DNA from: Parasitella parasitica NRRL 2501
Taxonomy: Eukaryota > Fungi > Mucoromycota
Direction: 5' to 3'
NCBI GenBank assembly: GCA_025201805.1
Contig: MU619252.1
Coordinates: 124,001 to 188,000, forward strand
DNA: 64,000 bases
Shown here: positions 57,576-64,000 of the stretch, piece by piece
Layout of the letters: each line of letters opens with the position of its first letter
Numbering within the stretch: the first letter of the stretch is position 1
Program-made: the position numbers and the translations under genes
Notes under the pieces: generated by a model
The model's input: the letters and a program-made list of their open reading frames with translations, nothing else
What the model was told of the DNA's origin: nothing
Databases searched by the model: none

Positions 57576-57869
57576 ACAAGCGGTTACCTAAATTAAACTC
57601 ATTCGAATCTAGATGGAGGGTTTATTTATAAAATAAATAAAAAACTCCTTTTTATCTGTTTTCTTTTCCCTTTGCTTTTATAGCTTAATTGTATATGAGT
57701 ATAATTATACAAGAAATGACCTTGGTGAATATCCTTGAATAAATCACAACGAGAATACTAACACGATTTAAACACAGCAATCAGAATGGAAAGGCAATGA
57801 AGACGAAGTGAGTGATGCATTGATGTGATGTCTTGAGTGCATTTACTAAAAAGTAAACAGGCAATAGAA

Positions 57870-59602
57870 ATGGTGAGGGATGGGTTTGATGAGGAGCCGG
57901 ATTGGAAAGTAGTAGGAAGTCGATCAAGAAGAGAAAGTTTTTCAGTGGGTCGTGTTGTGGATGGTGCTACGAGTAATAACAATCATGCAACAGCTTCATT
58001 GCCCCAGACACCGTCATTGATTAATCAAAAACAGCAACCAGAGTTTAAAAGAAGAGGCTCTGAAAACTCAGAAAAGCAATGGGGCTCTTTTGGTGGATTT
58101 CAGTGGGAAGGGCCTTCTATATTTGACGAAGATATTATGCCAACAGCAAAACCTCCTTTATTTCCCAGTTCGCCCGACCAGTATTACGACCCCACTGCCG
58201 TATTAACAACGCCCATGTTGCCAACCGTACCTTCGAAGCCTATTTATAGACAGCAGCGTAGCTTTTCGTTTTCAATGGGTCAAGATTCCACTTTTTTTGG
58301 CTATGATGACTACAATACAAGGAATACCAGTTCGTTTTTGACGCCTACGTTGGAAGAGGAAGAAGAGAACGACCAGCTGCCCTCATTTGACGACGCCTAT
58401 CTTCGCTCTCGGTCTCAATCCTCGAATGCAGCGTTTGGCATCTATCCAGCAGGACGTTGGATGAATATGAACCGGCGAGCATCCTTGGGATTTATCAATT
58501 CGCCCTCCTCGACTTCCTCAAGTTCGCTTAACGATAACTCAAAAGATTTACTCTCACAACGACGCATGTCTCAGCCATTGAATCAAATTGCAGAGTACTC
58601 GTTCCCAGAAATAATTCCCAATGGAGGACCAACCCAGTAAGTAGTACAAAACAGATAAATCATAATAAGGAAATTGCAGGAAAACTAACCTATTCAGTTC
58701 TGGCAATCAAACAACATCCATTCGTCAATTATCAGATTATTTAGAAAATAGCCATATCCATAGATCCACCTCATCATATATATTACAAAACCAACCAAGT
58801 CATATTATACCAGAAACTTCGTCAAGCGCCACTGTTATACCCAGCCAGCGTCAACAACAACAACAACAACAAACACAAGATACGGTGAATGCAGGTAAAG
58901 GGCTGCTGCTTCAAAAACTACCTCCCCACATCTCTCTCTTCATGATTGAATTCAAATCTGGTCGCACTGATTTTTACTATGTCTCAGAACCTTCGCTCAA
59001 GTTACGAGTAGGTGATCTAGTGTTGGTGGAAGCAGATCGTGGGAAGGACCTCGGTAAAGTAGCTACAGACGTACTGACTGTAGATCAAGTCCTGCTGTTG
59101 CAGCAACAGCAGCAGCAAAACAATAGCAATAGATTGATTATCGACCAGGATCAAACGGACGAAAAGAAAGCCTCGGCAACTGATTCTCATGTGAAAAGAG
59201 TCTATAAAATAGCTGAAGCCGACGAGGTTTGTTTGTTGCTCAATAAGGAACAAGATGAGCAAAAGGCGTTGGCGGTGTGTCTACAAAAAATCAAAAATAG
59301 AAAGTTATCAATGGAAGTAGTGGATGCAGAGTTCCAATGGTAAAACTGCATGCTCTTTCATTATCATCGTGTCTTTTACTAATTGCAGTATGTACAGGGA
59401 TCGTCGCAAGTTAACCTTTTATTTCATTGCTGAAAGAAGGATCGATTTTCGTGAATTGGTTCGAGAGTTGTTTAAAATTTACAAGACTCGGATTTGGATG
59501 TAAGTTGCATAGTTGCTGGGTGGATATCTATTTGTACTCATGATATTATATAACCCTGGTAGGTGTGCTGTCAACCCTACAAGATCATCTTTTTCTACTT
59601 GA
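57870..59602 (+). CDS. PSP1 C-terminal domain protein, 4 exons
   Basis: IEFKSGRTDFY, GDLVLVEADRGKDLGKV, MEVVDAEFQWDRRKLTFYF..RIDFRELVRELFKIYKTRIWM. Confidence 0.9.
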
Positions 59603-59955
59603 GCTTCTCGTGTAGAGCTTGTTGCCAATGATATGATGAAAATATCATAAAAATAATGCTTTAAACGTATCATAAATAGTTACCCAAAATATCATACATA
59701 CGTTCATATATATCTTTTTAATAAACAAAATTACAACAGATTACAATATTGAATAGTTTCAGAATACATGTAAGTATCAAGGAATTGGGCCATTTTGTAC
59801 GGTACAGTCTTTTTATGGTTTCAGAAAAAAAAGTTCAAGTAAATGATAAAGGTCCTGGTGATTGTGATTATATATTAGGGCTTCTGTAACAAAATCTTTT
59901 ATCCCTGAAAAAAGCTGAGAGAATTGTCTCCAAGGATACATTACGCAAATTGGTA

Positions 59956-60131
59956 CAGTGCGGCCGGGAAATATTGTCCGTTTTACAAAAATAAATGGCG
60001 ATTACAAAAAAATATTTGTCGTTTACCAGAAAATAAATGGCGCTAACTAGAAAATGATCGGCCGTTTCTCAATTTTTATTGGCCATTTCTCAGATTTACT
60101 ATGGCCGTTTTACGAATTCACTTTGTCGGTT
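59956..60131 (+). repeat. Left TIR (176 bp)
   Basis: Reverse complement of 61654-61829. Confidence 0.95.
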
Positions 60132-60175
60132 GCCATGATGTAACTGTCTTTTCTTCACTTTTGTAACTAAACAAT

Positions 60176-61597
60176 ATGAGTAGAAATACATTTTATTATG
60201 AAGACGGTCAAGAAAATATCTATGATGAGCGTGGAGAGCGGGTTATTGATCCAATGGAAGATGTATTGACGAATATAAATGATCCCAACATAGTGCTTGA
60301 AACGATTACCAGCCAGAAAGCATATTTGGCCCTTAAACCACAAGACAAAGAAGTCATTATGAAAGATGTTTCTGTAAAGCCTTTCAAAGTTGCTAAATAT
60401 GTCTCGGACCGCGCTTACAAGCAGCACAATGATCTCACAAGAGAAACATTTATTGAAAGAATGCTTGAAGGCCCTGTGGAAAGAGGAAGGGTAACAGCAG
60501 CAGCGAAAGAGCTGGGTATAAACCCTCGTACCGCTATGCGTTGGTGGAAGCACTATAACGAGACGGGTGAGGTAACCTACAAGAAATCTGAAAAAAACGC
60601 AGGCAGACCCAGTTCCTTTACTGGAGAACATGAGAAGTATATCCAGGATGTTATTGAAAAAGACTCGCAGCTTTGTGCTGACGATATCATTGATATGTTG
60701 ACAACCAAGTTTAAAGACTTCAAAATCTCGAAGTCTCAAATGAATGATCATCTGAGGAACAATATGCTCATATCCATCAAGAAGCCAACCTTCGACCCCA
60801 AGGCGAGAAACTCTCCCGAAAACTTGCAAAAACGATATGAATGGTTCATGAATTGGAAGGATTCTGATCTTGATTACGGCACAAACTGCGTCTTCATTGA
60901 TGAGGCTGGATTCAATATCAACATGAGGAGCAATTGGGCTAGATCAGCAGTAGGAACACCTGCCATTGTTGATATTGCAAAGACTCGCTCCCCCTCACAT
61001 ACTATCATTGGCGCCATTCATTCTTCTAGTGTTCTTCACGTTGTCATGAAAAAGCCTCCACCAAGAAAGCCAAGAGGACAGAAGCCTCAAACAATTCAAG
61101 CAGAGAAGTCAAAGAAAAGAAAGCTTGCGAGGGGCAAAGAGCAGACAGGAGGGATTGTCATTGAGGAGCCCACCATAGAGTATGTGGAAGTTGAGAAAGA
61201 AGAAACCAAGCCGCCTTCCAAAGGTACAACCACAGCTCACTTTGTGAAATTCATGAATGAGCTTCTCGATATTATGGACATGGATGCAAATCTGAAGGGC
61301 AGTTACCTTGTTATGGATAATTGTACTATTCATAAGTCGCATCCAATGATGAGAAAGATTGAGAGCAGAGGATATCGAGTGATGCATCTACCTCCTTATT
61401 CTCCAGAACTGAACCCAATTGAGCAGTTTTGGGCCATTGTAAAAGGAAAGATGAAGCGCCATAGGCTGCTAAGCGAAGAGAACTTATCACAAAGAATTGC
61501 TGATGCATGCAACGATGTACGCGTAAGTGATCTCCGTGGATTTTGTAGACACTCGAAGCGCCAAATCATCAATTGCCTGAATAAAACAGAATTCTAA
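60176..61597 (+). CDS. DD34E transposase (Tc1/IS630, DDE_3), 473 aa
   Basis: HTH (AAAKELGINPRTAMRWW), GRP, FIDEAGF, VMDN, LPPYSPELNPIE; 34 residues between the second D and the E. Confidence 0.96.
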   Translation: MSRNTFYYEDGQENIYDERGERVIDPMEDVLTNINDPNIVLETITSQKAYLALKPQDKEVIMKDVSVKPFKVAKYVSDRAYKQHNDLTRETFIERMLEGPVERGRVTAAAKELGINPRTAMRWWKHYNETGEVTYKKSEKNAGRPSSFTGEHEKYIQDVIEKDSQLCADDIIDMLTTKFKDFKISKSQMNDHLRNNMLISIKKPTFDPKARNSPENLQKRYEWFMNWKDSDLDYGTNCVFIDEAGFNINMRSNWARSAVGTPAIVDIAKTRSPSHTIIGAIHSSSVLHVVMKKPPPRKPRGQKPQTIQAEKSKKRKLARGKEQTGGIVIEEPTIEYVEVEKEETKPPSKGTTTAHFVKFMNELLDIMDMDANLKGSYLVMDNCTIHKSHPMMRKIESRGYRVMHLPPYSPELNPIEQFWAIVKGKMKRHRLLSEENLSQRIADACNDVRVSDLRGFCRHSKRQIINCLNKTEF

Positions 61598-61653
61598 GAG
61601 TTAGTTGGCTTACGTCCATGCTTCTACAACATAGCGAACAGAACAGTCTAGTA

Positions 61654-61829
61654 AACCGACAAAGTGAATTCGTAAAACGGCCATAGTAAATCTGAGAAAT
61701 GGCCAATAAAAATTGAGGAACGGCCGATCATTTTCTAGTTAGCGCCATTTATTTTCTGGTAAACGACAAATATTTTTTTGTAATCGCCATTTATTTTTGT
61801 AAAACGGACAATATTTCCCGGCCGCACTG
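61654..61829 (-). repeat. Right TIR (176 bp)
   Basis: Reverse complement of 59956-60131. Confidence 0.95.
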
Positions 61830-61973
61830 TAGTTGTTAATTCAAGCGTTTGGACAAAGATAACAAAGCAAGTACCATGTAAAGAATCTATCTGCGTTTGT
61901 TAGCTAACTGATTTGATAGATTTTGGTTCATAAAACTTGGAATCCGCTAATTAGCATCTGGACACAGGAGCGA

Positions 61974-62700
61974 TACAGTCTATGTCAGTCTATCCCACTG
62001 CTTGTTGTTCACCACCTCCAGCCAACCGGATGGTGCAGCTTTTAACGGTAGCTTTAGGCGACTTTGTTCTAAGCGCGTAGCTTTTGACTTAAGTTAAAAG
62101 TTGCGTGTTAGAGAAAGGGCATTCTGAACAGGTCAGTACTCGGGCAAAAACGATTTGGAGCAGGCGATACAGTCTATGTCAGTCTATCCCACTGCTTGTT
62201 GTTCACCACCTCCAGCCAACCGGATGGTGCAGCTTTTAACGGTAGCTTTAGGCGACTTTGTTCTAAGCGCGTAGCTTTTGCTTTTTGTCAAAAGTTGCGT
62301 GTTAGAGAAAGGGCATTCTGAACGGGTCAGTATCGAACCACTTTATGGCAAATGACAATATCAAGAAGGTAAAAACAGAGTCAAACACGTATACTATGCT
62401 ATCCTGTTACTAATGGTTTTTTTTTAACTCTTGATCCATATATATACCAATATCTACGTTTAGGCAATACTGGTATCCCAAGTACAGTCTATGTCAGTCT
62501 ACCCCACTGCTTGTTGTTCACCACCTCCAGCCAACCGGATGGTGCAGCTTTTAACGGTAGCTTCAGGCGACTTTGTTCTAAGCGCGTAGCTTTTGCTTTT
62601 TGTCAAAAGTTGCGTGTTAGAGAAAGGGCATTCTGAACGGGTCAGTACGCGGGCAAAAATCATTTGGGGCAGGCGATACAGTCTATGTCAGCCTGTTCAC
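61974..62700 (+). repeat. Array of three 161-bp TA-flanked cassettes (61976-62136, 62170-62330, 62485-62645) plus a left-end-only copy (62679-62700)
   Basis: Each copy reads TA|CAGTCTATGTCAG...GGTCAG|TA; spacers between the TAs are 29, 150 and 29 bp. Confidence 0.95.
61976..62136 (+). ncRNA. Candidate structured non-coding RNA cassette (representative copy; family unknown)
   Basis: Long G-U-rich hairpin TCTAA.CGCGTAGCTTTTG/YAAAAGTTGCGTGTTAGA plus CACCA/TGGTG and ACTG/CAGT stems; differences between copies mostly fall in loops or preserve pairing. Confidence 0.45.
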
Positions 62701-64000
62701 TATAGAAAATATGTATTGCAATGATAAATAAATTTTTATGAACATTTCCCCTCACTATTGCTGCAATAATTTTTTTGAATATGGGTCAACGTGCTCGAAA
62801 ATAAACAAGCCGGCGAATGGGGATCTCTTGAGTTAAAAAAAATGTCTTTTACAAACAGGCAACTGGCAACTGATGGAGTACAGTCAACTTTACAATACGT
62901 CATACACAGTACGATGAGATCGAGATATAATTACATTAAAACATTTTATGGTGATATGTGTGGGAGAACACTGCTACAACCTGTTGCTGTCAAAAATTGC
63001 TGTAAAAGGAATGTCTGATTTACTTTAAGGTGTATTGATGCATACATTGCTCATGGTGCCAAACTGGGACTTCATGATTTTTTTTTTTTTTTTGCGAATT
63101 TACAAGACGTTAATTTGCGATTTTATTCATTCAAACTGTGTTTTTTGTTTCTTTTCTATTCTCATTATGAAGATTATTATTACAACTATGCAATTTTCAT
63201 TTGTGTTTGTCAGCGTGAGCAAATCTTCAATTATCTACAGTCCCAGCTTTAATTTTTCAAGTGTAACAATCAGCAAATTATGAAAGTCATTTGCATGTTT
63301 TGTGTTCCTGAAATAACATGCATGAAGTTTTGACATTATTAAGGTTTCAAGTGCATTCTCGGTCAATCCCAGTCTGCTAATCTTTAAATCCTTTCGTTTA
63401 ATGCTTCTCGTTATCTGAAAATCAACAGCTTCGCTGGTTATAGCCCTGTTAAAAATTTTCTCGTCAACTAATAAGTCCGTTATAATTCGTCATTGGATAC
63501 ACTTTCTTCACTATCAGATATCCTCGTCGGGTATTCCAAGTACTTGGCTAACGAATAATTTACGTCTAATTTATCAATTTACTAAACTACGTCCCTCCAT
63601 TCTGAAAATATTATAGAGAGTATTTCATCTTCTGTTTACTAGTATGGATCGTCGTCCGCCTCAATTCGCGAATGTCGGCCGATACTTGCTTACAATCCAT
63701 TTTTCTACCGAACGATGCTCTCTCCTTAATCTAGAAATCTGCTCAAATCACCCAGTTTATGTCTTTACATCTATAGAGAATCTTCACTTCGTATTCGTTC
63801 TCGCACTCCACCGAAATAAGTCGATTCCTCACTTTGAATTGATCCTATTTGAAGCAAGTTAAACAGGGCCATATCATTTTTCAGCCTTTCTTTGTCCGTG
63901 CTTTTATTCCTCCTCATATGCCTCTTTAGGTTCTCACCCTTTCAGTCCTGTTCTTCACCATCGTATAAATTCCTTTCCTTTTCTTCTTGTTTCGAGATTC

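Larger units (their letters stand above)
59956..61829 (+). mobile_element. Intact Tc1/IS630-mariner DNA transposon (1874 bp) with TA target-site duplication
   Basis: TA|CAGTGCGGCC...GGCCGCACTG|TA; 176-bp TIRs with one mismatch; full transposase ORF. Confidence 0.97.

Noticed and set aside
60167-60829. 220-aa antisense ORF within the transposase
   Set aside because: Shadow frame of the transposase; no domain.
61976-62645. Cassette as a known ribozyme or RNA (HDV-like, hammerhead, twister, hairpin, 5S, snRNA, group I intron)
   Set aside because: Only partial look-alikes (ACCTCC..GGT, GGCGAC, GATACAGTC). There is no CUGANGA/GAAA core, the HDV L3 and J4/2 geometry is wrong, and no matching P7 partner is present.
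61974-62700. Prokaryotic CRISPR array
   Set aside because: Repeats are 161 bp, two spacers are related to each other, there are no cas genes, and the context is eukaryotic.
63300-64000. Purine-rich minus-strand stretch that looks like decayed coding DNA
   Set aside because: Multiple stops and no identifiable family; cut by the window edge.

Overview
Eukaryotic, AT-rich, intron-dense fungal DNA, most consistent with a Mucorales (Mucoromycota) genome: short 50-100 nt introns, RalGAP-alpha and DHX40-like genes, and TE families typical of the group. About 19 protein-coding genes are supported, including a 3'-truncated Aquarius helicase, DHX40-like DEAH helicase, RalGAP-alpha, glutaminyl cyclase, APC permease, ENT transporter, Sld2-like protein, NT5DC nucleotidase, MYST acetyltransferase, G-beta, RidA, Sel1-CaaX protein, LSG1, Aro8/AADAT-like aminotransferase, BAG-like and PSP1 proteins. 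They alternate with TE-relic tracts (Tc1, Harbinger, LINE, possible Fanzor remnants and a ~1.25-1.4 kb dispersed repeat). An intact Tc1/IS630 DD34E transposon with 176-bp TIRs lies at 59956-61829. The most intriguing feature is just downstream of it: three near-identical 161-bp, TA-flanked, TIR-less, RNA-structured non-coding cassettes separated by more variable spacers (61974-62700), then a fourth copy of only the left end. This resembles an array of non-autonomous Fanzor omegaRNA ('ghost') units, but that is an inference. Other notable points are five GC-AG introns among about 60 and apparent intronization of the decayed Aquarius tail. All family assignments come from motif recognition by eye; no searches were run.
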